A DNA stretch of 64,000 nucleotides from Antedon mediterranea (Eukaryota > Animalia > Echinodermata), in contig NC_092676.1 in NCBI RefSeq assembly GCF_964355755.1, positions 18,184,871 to 18,248,870 of the forward strand. Direction: 5' to 3'. The notes below the pieces were generated by a model. It searched no databases. It was not told where the DNA came from and was given only the letters and a program-made list of their open reading frames with translations. Shown here in pieces: positions 1-12,940 of the stretch. Within the stretch, counting starts at the first letter, position 1, and each line of letters starts with the position of its first letter. The position numbers were made by a program, and so were the translations under genes.

Positions 1-2368
1 GGCTAGCCTATGTCTAGGCTTATTAGACTACCGTTTTCCACGGAGCTAGCTTTACAAGCCTAGTAGGCTAGCGTAGCTAAGCAGGCTTCTGAGGCTCCAG
101 GTAGTAACACCAAACTAACTTTATTTATTGTACCTTTTTCTGACAACCCGCGCGCTATTCTCCCGCGGCGGTCATGTTGTCTCGCGGCGGTGTGGTTTTG
201 TGTCGATTGCACATCATCAATTAATCTTCGACTATTCCATTATAATGTAGGGTTGGTCCAAAAACTATTGATTTAAAATTTAAAATTCTATTTTTATATA
301 ACTATTACATCTGGTAAATTGAATAAGTATGATAGTATGATCAATCTAATGACATTTATTTCACATCGATTTAATAATAATAATACATTCCACTTTCCGC
401 CTCATAACTGTCCCGCGAATAGAACACCAAACCTCCAACTTAGAAAAATGACATCGATGTCCAAACCTAGAGAGGGCACTATCATATTAAGAAAATAGAG
501 GTCGCTGTTAAAAAATCTAGCATTTATAATATTAGTTTCTATCTATCTTGTATAAACGATTTTTCTTAAGTGTAATTGTGAATCAAAAATATTTTCACCA
601 CCCTTTCAAATTACAAAGACAGAAGTTTAAGAAAACTTTACTCTATAATAATAGATGAATGGAGATTCTCCACATCTATAAAACATTAAAATCAAAACCT
701 GGCTAATTTTGAAGGTGCTGGATTAAAATTAAAAGTTCGTTCAAACCTTTGAATGATAGAACTGCAAATTGGAATATTGATAATAATACAAAAATGTAAA
801 TTACCGGTATAATTCGGACGAAGACATGGCCATCATTCACCATCAATTATGGTCCAGCTTTAAATAATATAGGCCTACGTATCAGGAATTATTCAATTTA
901 TATGTGGATATGTAGGGCCTATAAAAATGACAGCAAATTAGACATGTTTGATACATTTTATAATTCTCATGAAAATGACAAGATTGATGAAGACGGTGTG
1001 AAAATATTTTGGTAGTTTTTGCCTGAAAAGAGCGCGAAATGTCGTAATTAATAATGATTCACTGAATTCCATGACTCAATAACTATTTTATCGACATTGC
1101 AAAATTAAGAAAATTGAAAAGAGGAGGAAGGAGCTTATCATCAGATTTTATTTAGTACATTTTTACTATACTTTGTTTTGTATTCATTATGTGTACTCAT
1201 TATTTCACTTAATGAACAATGCATGAATTGATAATAAACACATATGACGTACGGACCTATATTCTCTTTTATATATATCTATAAGTAGTAGAATCATAAC
1301 ACCCTGAGATTCTGTATATTGGAATTTTATCCAATCCAACAAAATCGGGAGAAATATTAGCGGTACAGGAGATTGATACTCTCGGAATAAAAGTGTTGTA
1401 CAAAATGTTAATTTACAACCAAACATTTGCAATGTTATTAGCGTGTATATATAAATAAACAAAAAGCGGACGCATGAATAAACATCAAGAATTTACTTCT
1501 ATTTTCACTTGACTTATAGACTTTATCTGTATTTGTATAATGACACCAAAAGCCCACGAAATTTGATCTAAAATTGAAAAGCTCAATATAAACCAGTCAC
1601 GCTTCAACGCACACCACAACGATGTTTAGATTGAGATCGGAATGTACTACCAGTCAGTTGACAGCGTGATCATCCGAGGAGAGAAACTTTACGCACATTT
1701 GGCGTCAAAAATCAGGATAATTTCAGATGAATAGTATTGTAAGTCTCTAATACTTGTTTCTATATGTAGAATAAAGGGCGAATAAAGTAACATTGGCGTT
1801 AAATAATGTTGTTTATTTAAATCAGTGAGACCAGAAAGATGAATGGACTGGGCGCGGTGTAAGTAAGAGGAGATGAACTTAAAAGTTGGCCTCATTCCGT
1901 GCCCCGGATTGGCATCTCAAAGTGGCTGTTATAAAATCATCATCTCGGCCTAAAAATAAGTTTCTTTCAAATTATTTGAATGTATATATGTGTGCAATGC
2001 GATAGTTTGATAAATGTAATTCTGTAACATTAGTGATTTTAAATGATTTCCTCAATACACAGTACTTAAACTAAGTTATTCTATCAAAACAAACGAAAGT
2101 AACAACATAGGAAAGAATTCTTTCAACTACAAACTTGAACTACCCTAATACTCTTTGTTTACTATTCTTGCTATGGTGGCATTGGCTTACAGTTTCCTGT
2201 AATTGAAAATATTATTTCCTAAAGTTGATGTATTTGTTATAATATAATGTAAAGGAAGAAGGAAGTATTAGAACGTTAAACAAGTATTCATGTATTTTGG
2301 TTAAAACAGTTTTAAGTATTGCCTAAACAGTTTTAAGTATTGCCTAAAACCAAAAAGCTTGGTTTTAA

Positions 2369-2996
2369 AGACCCCTTCCCTGCAATTTTGGACGTTTTTT
2401 GGAAAATAATACATATATATCACTTTAAAAACATTAAACCATGTCATTTCTTGTCTTAAATGTACTTTTATGGTAAATTATGATAAAAAGTGAGAAACAA
2501 TGCACTACCTAAGTAGCTCGCGGCGATCGACCTCTCGTGGACGGTCTTAGGCCTAGCCTAGCTAGGCTTAGTTTTGTAGGCCTAGCTGGTAAACATCGGT
2601 AACGTACGAACATCGTACGCGAGCTATATACCTACTAGCCTGACGTTGTACAGTTGTTGCATTAATTGTCTTTCTATTTTTGCCAGACTCCGTTGATACA
2701 AATTGGGGAAAACCCGGTATTTTCGCTGAAAAGTTAGGAGTCTTTCATTTGTTTTGGCCTCACGATCGATCGAAAAGTGGGCGAATTACAGGTGAAAAAC
2801 AAAAATATCAATCCGCGCGCAATGCATTTTGGGATTTATAGCGGGCCGCTATAATTATTAGAATCGACTTATTTTTCACATTTTTAACAGTTTAAAGACG
2901 AAAAAAGTTATCGCAATAGGACCATATAGTATTATTTTTACATTAAATATAGTTTGTGATCTTAAATTAGATCTAAAAAACGTAGGGAATGGGGCT
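2369..2996. mobile_element. Kolobok-like non-autonomous DNA transposon
   Basis: TTAA on both flanks (2365-2368, 2997-3000). Imperfect inverted termini AGACCCCTTCCCT and AGGGAATGGGGCT. TTAA targets with purine-purine termini are typical of Kolobok. Confidence 0.6.
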
Positions 2997-3352
2997 TTAA
3001 TCTCTAATATGGGGGTTGCCTCTCATTTAGGAAAAAACGATGAAGAAATAATATTTGCATAGAGTAGTAGGCATGTCAAAATCATTGTATTGCTACTGCA
3101 TGTTCTACTGCAAGATAAATTAATATTATGAGAGAATTAGTTTGTTGTAGAAGATTGAGTGAGAAGTTTTGATTGGACTAAATCATTCACAAGCACATTT
3201 AATAAATTTGGTCCAAGACAGAATTCTATAACTAAAACTTCAGTAAATAATTAGTAATTAGATGAAACTAGAATAGATGTTCATAAAAATGTATTTATGT
3301 TATTTTGAACTTTTTATAGAGTTTAAGTGGATTTGGATAGTGATAGTACAAC

Positions 3353-4069
3353 ATGAATATGCATTTCAAAAAGACAAGAAGTTTGCTACTTATACTTTGC
3401 TTGTGGACAATTTTAGTCGATGGTCAGGCAAACGCCAGGGCTAATGCTCCCCCAAAAGAAGAACCAGGTCACAACAAGCACCAGGAATATGTGATTTTTG
3501 CATGTCTTTCTGTTACTGGGATTTTAATTGCATTGGTTGTGTTAATATTATGGTTCCTTGTGGACAGGACCAAAGAACAAATACGAACAATTGACAAGAT
3601 AATGCCGGAAATTTTAATGAATCACAGAAGAAAAAATAATGCTCGTGATGAAGAAGAAATGTTTGGGACGCTTACAGCGCACACAGAATTGGAATACAAG
3701 CGTATGACAAGTACGGAATCAAATAATAGGAACTCGGTAGAATTGACAGGGTTTCGCAAGTACGGAACGTCATCATCGGCAGTCGCATCTGATCAACTTG
3801 ATGTCGATAGATTTGAGATTGATTCCGATGTTCATGCAATGGATATCATTACGGTCGAGCCAACATCTAGGGGTAATAATCAGAGAACTCTAGTTGGGAA
3901 TACGCCACCACCGTACAATTCGCCGCCTGCATACGACAACCCTGTTGTCGTACAAGTGGAGGAAAATAACTACACAAACGGTAATGCTTTACAGCGAAAC
4001 TCTTTGAATCTTGAAGATGATGCCAGGAGAAAACGATATAAAAAGAAATATTATGAAAGTAATTTGTAA
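3353..4069 (+). CDS. Uncharacterised type I membrane protein (238 aa) with tandem PPxY motifs
   Basis: Longest ORF in the supplied ORF track. It has a hydrophobic N-terminal signal-like segment (LLLILCLWTILV), a short ectodomain and a TM helix (YVIFACLSVTGILIALVVLILWFLV). The cytoplasmic tail carries PPPY and PPAY. An acceptor-like tttttatag at ~3311-3319 suggests an upstream non-coding exon. No family recognised. Confidence 0.75.
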   Translation: MNMHFKKTRSLLLILCLWTILVDGQANARANAPPKEEPGHNKHQEYVIFACLSVTGILIALVVLILWFLVDRTKEQIRTIDKIMPEILMNHRRKNNARDEEEMFGTLTAHTELEYKRMTSTESNNRNSVELTGFRKYGTSSSAVASDQLDVDRFEIDSDVHAMDIITVEPTSRGNNQRTLVGNTPPPYNSPPAYDNPVVVQVEENNYTNGNALQRNSLNLEDDARRKRYKKKYYESNL

Positions 4070-4130
4070 AACTAAACGTGTTTTTCTTCTTTTTATATAT
4101 TATGTTTTTAGTATACATTATTAACATGTA

Positions 4131-4842
4131 TATGTTATGCGCGATTTGAACGATTTGCGCAATTTGAAATTGCGCAAAAAAAATCCTTGCGCAATTTGAA
4201 TTGAAACATGTGTTTCAAATTGCGCAAGCAACGTATTAAATTGCGCAAGTAATCTGCAAATTGCGCAAGGTTTTTCGACAGATTGTGAAATCATGCACAC
4301 CCATATTTTTATAGTAATTTCTAAGAATGATTCAAAATTAAAAGATAAATATCGCATTTCCTTATTTTAGTAGTGCAAATATTGTTATAAGTTAGCATAC
4401 CGTCGAAGAACCGACGAAGGAAAACGAAGCGGTGGTGTTCCACCAGGCAGGCGCGGCGCGGGCGGCCGGCTATACTACTCTAGCCTAGCTAGGGTCTGGA
4501 CTACTGATACTGACTAGGTTACATGGCCTAGCTTAAACTAATATTAAAAACTTAAAAAGTGAGTATTAAACATTATCTTCATTGAAATGGTCTTATTTAT
4601 ATAATAAAATACTAAATTTTAAACTCCTCTGCCTAGGCCTAGCCTAGCCATGTATGGGAAAATTTACAGTTCGTTTTCAAATTGCGCAAAGGTGTCATAT
4701 TGCGCAAGAACTATCTTGCGCAATTTACAAATTGTGCAGCGCAATTTAAAATTGCGCAAAGATTTTCTTGCGCAATTTGAAATTGCGCAAGTTGATTGCG
4801 CAATTTCAAATTGCGCAAATCGTTCAAATCGCGCATAACATA
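4131..4842. mobile_element. MITE with long TIRs built from TTGCGCAA repeats, copy 1
   Basis: Termini TATGTTATGCGCGATTTGAACGATTTGCGCAATT and its reverse complement. About 14 TTGCGCAA palindromes. A second copy lies at 23294-24031. Confidence 0.85.
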
Positions 4843-4876
4843 TACATAGTGCCTATATAAGTGCCTATCATAAGTA

Positions 4877-5724
4877 CCGTATATTTCGGTGTATAAGTCG
4901 CACTTTTGACACGCAAATTTGACCTCTAAATTAAGGGTGCGTCTTATACACCGAACATAAATGCCTCACCACACAGATTGTACATAGGCCTAGGCTATCG
5001 TCACCTCGTTTGCTAGGCCTGAGTAGGCTAGGCCTAGCTACAGTAACTAACTAACGTAACGGCAACCTGCTTCTGCCTAGGCCTAGTTTTCAAGTCATTT
5101 TAGCATGATGTTATACTAAATATGATGAAAAGATTTGTTCATTATGGCGCTCCGATAAAATTTCATTTGTAAACGTTTACGTCGTACGATTGGAATAGTA
5201 TTTATTTATACAGTAGTTATACGCACGATCGCCGTACCCCAAGCGCAAGCCCTTCTTTTGGTGGCACATGGTGTACGGTATTCGACTAGTATATTCTCCA
5301 GGTGATTATAGCATGGACCTAGCGTACACACTTCTCGGATACATAGATACTAATCGAATATGATTGTCCATGAAAACGTTCGCCCTCTCGAAATGATCGA
5401 GCGAGGCTAGCCCACACACGTGCGTGTTACACACACGGTCATGCACTCGATGTTGCGGCGAAACTCATGAATAACAAGTTAGAAAGAACTTGTTGAGGCT
5501 GGGCGCGGTCGAGCCTAGGTAAGAAAAAACCTAAATAAAGGACGCCGTTGTAGATATAACAAAATATATTATTACAATAATATTGATTACAATTTAAAAA
5601 AACATTGTTTTGATGAAATATAAGGTGCGTCTTATACATCGACGATATAAAAAATACCGATATTTTACTCTCAGTTGGGGGTGCGTCTTATACACAGGTG
5701 CGACTTATACACCGAAATATACGG
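4877..5724. mobile_element. pogo/Tc1-mariner-type MITE, copy 1
   Basis: TA duplication on both sides. TIR CCGTATATTTCGGTGTATAAGTCGCAC with subterminal GGTGCGTCTTATAC repeats. A near-identical inverted copy lies at 28837-29668. Confidence 0.9.
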
Positions 5725-6860
5725 TAATTGAAATTGAATGCAAATAATTGATTTTACAAGTATTGAAATACAGGTATTGTACATTCACAAATAAGTGTAG
5801 TTGGAGTTGGTGGTTATGATGTTTGGCTACCACTCCAAGGGTCCTGGGTAAAGTCCCGTCACATGTAAGTATTTTTTGCAAGGAAAAAATTACAACTCCA
5901 CTCCCAAAGACTCAATAAGACTTTGTTATGTGTGTATATGTTTGTCTTGTGAACCGCAGAGGGTCCCTAATGATCAGCAATTGCTGGATGGATCACCCTC
6001 TCTTTAAATATGGTACAAAATAAAAGTAAGCCCCAATATACATGATTTTGCATTGAATATTAAAAACGTTAATATCCAAAACTAGCAATTTTTTAAACAT
6101 TTCTAAAGATTTTTCTATTTCTGAATTTTTATTTGTATATTTACTTTCAAAACGAATTAACCTTTTAAAAATTATAAGATGTAGGGCTGCATCTTGAAAT
6201 GCTATCAGTGAGCCTAGGGGCTTTACTAGTGTGTTATTACAGCTTACATCTTAATCTCTGATATTATTATGTCTTTTCCATGTTTGCTAGTTAAATTTGT
6301 ATACAGTACTTTTTATAAGAAAGGACACAAATAATTTGACTAATTAAACAATAAACTGAATTTATCATTATGTAAATGGGTTAAAAAATGTATATCAACA
6401 AACAAGTTTTATTTTAGAAAGGCAGTTGGATTAAGTAGTGTATGTGGATTCATTGGATGAAAATATGTATTTAATGTACATGACTAACAGTAATTTTATT
6501 TTGTATGTCAACTTTTATTTTTTTATACACAATTTAAAACCTTTTAGGCTTACACAGTGTATATAGGCCTACCTTGTCACTTCTGAGATAAAATATATTT
6601 ATATATCTTTTACACTAGGAATGGTGAAAACAGTCTCCTATAAAAAAATAAATATTCTCAAATCACTTGTTTTCTAAAATTCTAGTCAAAAATGTATGAT
6701 GAATACCAAAGATGATGAGTAATTGTTTGAATGCAAAGGAATTTATTTATCACAAACCAGCTGTTAGAAGTTAAACAAAATGTTAGCTGAACCATAAATT
6801 GCACCTACAAATGGATTTAATCTGGGAAGTTGTTGAACTTGTAGAGTAGTTTATGCTTAA

Positions 6861-7165
6861 AGATATATTGTCCCCCTTCTTAAATTGTTTTGTTGAATAT
6901 GCCATTTTAATATAACATAATAGTTATCCACTTTGACCAAAAATTGAATTAAAGAAAAATGTATTTAAACTGAAAAAACTGTAATTTAAAGGAAAAAATG
7001 GATTTTTGATTGAATTTAACCATTTATTTTGTCATTGTAAGTGAAAACATTTTTTCCATTTTTTTTCTATGGAAGTGATTAACTTGATTAAAACTACAAA
7101 ATAACATATTCAAAGTCGGATTTAATTAATCTTCATTTTTTATGTATTTGGGGGACAATACATCT
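6861..7165. mobile_element. About 300-350 bp Kolobok-like MITE family (TTAA TSD), copy
   Basis: TTAA|AGATATATTGTCCCC ... GGGGACAATACATCT|TTAA. Homologous copies at about 14322-14665, 37085-37418, 37865-38180 (degenerate), 58629-58975 and 59614-59957. Confidence 0.8.
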
Positions 7166-7507
7166 TTAAAATGAAAAAGCAAGACAAATGTAAAACTTTA
7201 CTGTACACTCATAAAAATAATTGGAACCATCAATACAGTACATTATTTTAACAATTTCAAGTCAATGTTAAAGTTGCATTGAGTTTTCAAATTGTTAAAT
7301 TTTATTTTACCACTTAATCTGTAAAACCTCAATCGCAGTTTAAACTGTATATAGTATATTAATTTATATTCAAATATTTAAATTTATATATAGGTACAGT
7401 AGACTTGTATTTTATAATAAAGGCTTTGTTAAATTACTAAGTTTCGCCTTATGTGTTTAGACGATTTAAGCAATGCTTAATGTGGCTGTATTCATCATTT
7501 ACACTTA

Positions 7508-7676
7508 AGGCCAATTTACACAGACGAGCGGTAACGTTAAGCAGAAAACTGCGTAGCATGTCCAACGTAGAATCTATCTTATGTGGAAACCGCTCCGTGT
7601 TGTGTAAATGGTCATAAGGAATAACATAGATTCTATATTTTTATTACTGTTACCGCTTGTCTGTGTAAATTGGCCT
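7508..7676. mobile_element. PIF/Harbinger-type MITE
   Basis: TTA TSD on both sides. TIR AGGCCAATTTACACAGAC(G/A)AGCGGTAAC. Confidence 0.75.
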
Positions 7677-8849
7677 TTAGGCTAAGGAAAACACTTATCC
7701 TTAAAATTAATAAATCTCCAAAGTGAATACAATCTAAGGGAAATATTTATTGAGTTAAGTGAAATACTTAATATTTAAGGGAAATATCTCACTTAAGCCA
7801 ATGCATTCTACTATGGCCAATGACATTTTCCATCCATTCTTTCCAAAGAATTTTCAGAATCAAAGATCATGAACAAAACAATAGGAAACACCCTTTAAAA
7901 AAATTATATTAAGGGGATACTATCCCCTTAAAAAAATAAAAGAAGTGACTTTCTTGAGCCCTAAAGGTGTCCCTGTGTAAAGGTGGTCATAGTGTTTAAA
8001 TATTTCCCCTTGTTCATTTCACATCAAAGTTCCCCCTTAATCCCAAATAAGGTTTCTACTGGATATAAATACAAATAAATAAGTAAACAAAGTAGTATGT
8101 ATTACAGAGCAATTATTATCTTTTGTTAAGTTGTAGAATAATGTATAAACGTATATACTGTAAAGTACAATATTTTGGACAAAAAAAGTCTCAGGTCCTA
8201 CTATAAAGAAATGATCACAAGATCAGTTGTCAAAATGATGTTTTAAATGTTTTAAAATTTAGTTTTAAATATGTTATATAAACCATTTTTTAATATTATA
8301 AATAAAACAAGAAATTTGTCTTAAAATACTTGATTGTCTTGTTAATTATTGTTGGAGCATGTTATTATCTGTGATTAAAAAGGTATGGGTTAAGTGTTTT
8401 ATTTTGAAAACTCTTTGGAAATTGGTATTAAAAATCAACTTTGAAAGGTAATAATACAATTTATGTAATTAAATGCCATAATTTTAGGATCCAGACAGAA
8501 AGTCTGTACATAAAAGTGAACAAAAATTCCCAGTGCAGCAGAGCAGGCCAAAGCTCAGACTTGATTTGCATATTTATTCCAAACTCTTGCTTAGTGGGCT
8601 AATTTATTAGGAGAAACAAGGGAAAGCATACTACAGCAGAACATGACCTGCCATATTTTGTTCTTTTTGAAATATTCTAAATCGCTATTTATTATTATGG
8701 ATGTAAAAAAGTTACAACAAATATACAGCATGATCACCAGTTAAAACAAGGGTTAAAAACCCCAAATTACTGTAATGTTATAACGGATTGAATATGAAGC
8801 AGAATGAGAAAAGAAAAACACAATGAAGTTAATTTATAGATGCATTAAT

Positions 8850-9240
8850 TATTCAAATAAACGTCTCCCTCAAATGAACGCACCCCCATTGAACATCTAT
8901 TGGAATAATCACCCCCTTTAATAAACGGCATGCCACATGCATATACACACAATATTGTATTGTAACGCATTTTATTTGTAGTAGAATTCATTGACTTCCA
9001 TGATTACAATTGACCAAGAATTTTGGTAAAATTTGTACTATATTTTATTATCACTTGTTAATGTTAATTGTGTTGTATTTTTTCATATTTAGGGAGAATT
9101 TATTTGATTATACATGTAACCATATTACACCCAAAAAAATGAACGCCTCTTTCGAACACCTCCCTCAAATAAACCCCCCTTCCCCTTAAAAACCCTCCCC
9201 AACAATAAACAGCCTGAAGCCTTTATTCAAATAAGTATAG
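8850..9240. repeat. Dispersed degenerate repeat (second copy at about 36225-36565)
   Basis: Shared blocks TTTGTAGTAGAATTCA, TTTGATTATA.ATGT.ACCATATT and CACCTCCCTCAAAT. Confidence 0.55.
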
Positions 9241-9669
9241 TAGTCAGATTTATTGTTCTAAATGCTAAAGATGAATTTTTGCATGTTTTAATTTGATGAC
9301 CATAATTACAGTAACCATTTTCAAAATGGGAGGTCTACCTCACCAAACTGGTTGAAAAATAACATCTTTTAACACTATAGCTAATGCATCAATAATCACG
9401 CCAACTGATGTTTACTGCATTACTACAATATGAAATATTAATCTTACATCACCACAATTATTTGAATACATCTGTTAAAACATTTCTCTTGTAACTTTTG
9501 AGTTTCTTAAAAAGTTCCCTGGAGATGTTTGTTACACTAGTCATGCTGTTAAAGTGTGAAAAAATGCTTTAAAACACATCTGTTAAAGTGATATATTCAC
9601 AGATTTTCTGCTTGATTGATGTCAATATTTTATTATGTTCTTGGGGAAACAAAATTTTAAAACTTGTGA

Positions 9670-10498
9670 GGGCCTGTTTCTGCTGCAACTGCTCAAAATA
9701 CGGTATAAAAATACGGTATAAAATACGGTATTTTTTATACCGTATTTTTTAGTACCCCGTTTCTGCTAACAATACTTCTTGGGTGGTCGTGTTAAATTTC
9801 ATCTTTTTTACCCAAATTGCCATTCATTTATTTGATCGATAATTAAAAGTCGCAATAAAGGAAGTTTTACGTCTCACTTTCAACAGCCTAGCCCTAGTGA
9901 TAGAGATGTTGTGAGAGCACAGAAAACATCGTAATGGGGACAATTAATTCGTTCCCTCCCCGAGTTATTGTATTTTGCAATGTTGTACTGCTTTCGCAGG
10001 CTCTTCAGCTTTGAGTTTACTTGCTTTGGAGACAAGTTTATTCCATACTCCTGCTTTATTTTTTTAGAAATGTCTTTATAAATGTGGTTGTCCCTTTTAT
10101 TACCTTTTAGTTGGTCAGACATTTTAGCTTCCCCACACACATTTATTTAGTAAAACTGTGACGTATTCGCTCCACATTTTCGCCGAATATATCTAGGCCT
10201 ATACATGTGTGTAAAGCAGCTAACAGCGACAGAAAATAAAAACACGAATGGTGACCTTTTGTCATGTAAAAAAAAAATACGGTATTTTTTATTGGCAGCA
10301 GAAACGGGTACAAAAAATACGGTATAAATTTGTAAATACCGTATTTTATCCACAAATTTTGTGGGGAAAATACGGTATACAAAATACGGTATATTTTTTA
10401 TGAGCGCAGTTTCTGCTGCCAAAAATATACCGTATATATACAGTATTCAAAAAATACCGTATAATATACGGTATTTAGTTGGCAGCAGAAACAGGGCC
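9670..10498. mobile_element. Harbinger-like non-autonomous element carrying a Myb/SANT-like gene relic
   Basis: TIRs GGGCCTGTTTCTGCTGC(C)AACT, many subterminal AAAATACGGTAT/ATACCGTATTTT repeats and an internal Myb/SANT-like fragment. The TSD is not clean. Confidence 0.7.
9880..10174 (-). pseudogene. Myb/SANT-like (trihelix) DNA-binding domain remnant
   Basis: WSEYVTVLL, then a frameshift, then GEAKMSDQLKGNKRDNHIYKDISKKI..YGINLSPKQVNSKLKSLRKQY...SGRERINCPHYD. This is the pattern of Harbinger accessory and ZSCAN29-like Myb/SANT domains. Confidence 0.7.
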
Positions 10499-12721
10499 TA
10501 TGTGAACTTGGAAGATCTTGGGACATTCCCTGGATTAAAATTTAATCATTTCTTCCCAAATGTGTAGATCTGGATTTTGTGAGGCTTTGTAGGCAGGAGT
10601 TGGCAAATTTGTCGTGTACAGTCACACACACCGGGACTGTGAAGTGACCCGTCATATAAAAACGCATGATATTTTGTATGTAAATCATGCTACTGTCGCA
10701 CACATTTAGGAATACAGTTTACAATAAAAACACAAATCATGAGAAACAAGAACTTTATTGTTTAGAAATCCCAGTACTTTTAAAAAGTACCCAAAATGGA
10801 CAAAAATTGATAAATAATTGTAAAAATTCTGGTGCCAAAAAATACTGGTTCTTGTAAAAGAAAGTGTAAACTAACTGTATGTATAAATGTTCTTTACAAG
10901 AAATTATAACATGGTATGATCGATGGCGTCTAGCCTCACAGACCAATATACATATTTTTAATATATATAAAAAATATTAAAAATGAATTCATTTAAGTTC
11001 CATCAAACATATAATTCTTATTTTTGAGTTAAACATAATATTGTAAATGTGCTAATAAAACTATTTTGTTTATCGTTATGTACACTACAATATTATTTAA
11101 ATATATTAAAAACATTTTAAATAAAATATATTTACAAATGAGTATGTGTAATTTATTTCACACTATATAGACACCAAGTGCACAATATTCCATAATTCTA
11201 TTAAACATGATTGTGTATGACCACCACCAACCAACCCGGACAAGTCAGACATGGTGGGGTACGTTGTTTTATACTCACGGACAAGAAAATGCAGTGGGTC
11301 TTTCTTGAGGGAGATGGAGAAATAGGCTGCATACTGTACCTTATTTCTCTATAATAGTGATTTAATATATAGTGGCATAATTCAGAAACTGGAGGCCTCC
11401 GATGCCTGGTTTTTTCCTCCGGGGCCCCTGGGGTTGGCCAGTGAGTGCTCATAGCCATTACGCCACTGCTCAGATACTGTACCACTATGTGTGTTATTAA
11501 TAAAAAAAAGGACATGCAAATAAAAGCGTCGAAATATCTCCTTATTTGGAGTTCTTATTTACAACTAATCAGCAGATATTCTGGTCGTTTCTAAGTAGTC
11601 CTTTCACTTGTTGCTTTCAGTGTTTCTTTAGGCCATAGATAAACTCAGTTTGGGTTCACAACTGTAAATAGAGGAGAAACACGAGTTAGAGAATGTTGAT
11701 TAATTAGTGTATAAGCCTTGAAGCTAGAAGAACAATATCTGTTTAATAGTATTGTCAAACGCTGTTTACTAGTGAGACTAGATCAAAGATAATTGTGTGC
11801 ACTGGACATAGGAGGTGGATACAGAGGAGAGCCAAGCTGGCCCTTCCCCCATCCGATTTTGAAAGGTTAAAAAGAAAACAGGGCTTCTAATAATTTGTAT
11901 CTATTATGGAAGGACCCAAATACACCCTATTTGACTTCCTCTTTCTAATCATCCTGAAGTCACTCTGTTGGTATAATATGGTACAGATTTTATTGAAGTG
12001 AAGCCGTGCCAAATTTATAACAGTAAACAATTGATAATATTATTGGAAAATACATGACAACATCTTAAGTTGAAAAAACAGAGGTGGTCGGTTTCATAGG
12101 GTATTTATCATCGATAGACCAGGCAATGAGTGGGGAATACAATGTATAAATTATGACTACAGATGGTTGTACAATGAATTAAATGTAGTAAATTTGCTTG
12201 TCTTGGAGCTTTTTGTAGTATTTTATTGAAGAGAAAAACAAGCTATATACACATAGAAATTGTCCTTGTTGTATGTAAAAAAAACAGGACCATGATGTTA
12301 GGCTGGGAGAAATACAGGAGTCTCTCAGCCAAACCAGGAGTGTTAGCATGAAATGGTTGGAATGATACAATTTCACATTATGAAACACAAACTATTCTTT
12401 GCCTCAAGCAAAAAAATGTTCTGTTAATTGCTTGTAGATGAAACAAGTGATATCTTTTTAAAATGTAATGTAACACCTTGATTGATATTTACATTAACAT
12501 TATACATTCTTGTCATATTTGATAAAATATAATTATTTAATAAAATTGTCTTATTTCTTTTTTTCCTTATTCAATGCTAGCAAAACTGTTAATTCAATTT
12601 AATAATCATCATAGAAACTATAAAAATAGTAATATAATTCAAAACATGCATTTGACCCAAGTGAAGTGGGTCAAAGAAGCAGCAATAAATCAAACTGCCA
12701 AATATTTATTAAGATTAGAAC

Positions 12722-12940
12722 AACAGGCTAAAAGGTGCAATGGTATTTTACAGTATAAACAAAATGACATTTTAAGAATACGAGCATTGGCATTATAATT
12801 AGCAAAACAACATTGAACAAGATTAGCAGAACACAGGCCGAAGGGTGCATTGGCATTATAAGTAAAACAAAATTTAACAAGATTAGCAGAACACAGGCCG
12901 AAGGGTGCAATGGCATTATAAGAAAAACAAGATTAACAAG
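12722..12940. repeat. 60-bp tandem repeat, 2 good copies plus degenerate flanking copies
   Basis: AACAAGATTAGCAGAACACAGGCCGAAGGGTGCA.TGGCATTATAAG recurs at 60-bp spacing. Confidence 0.75.
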
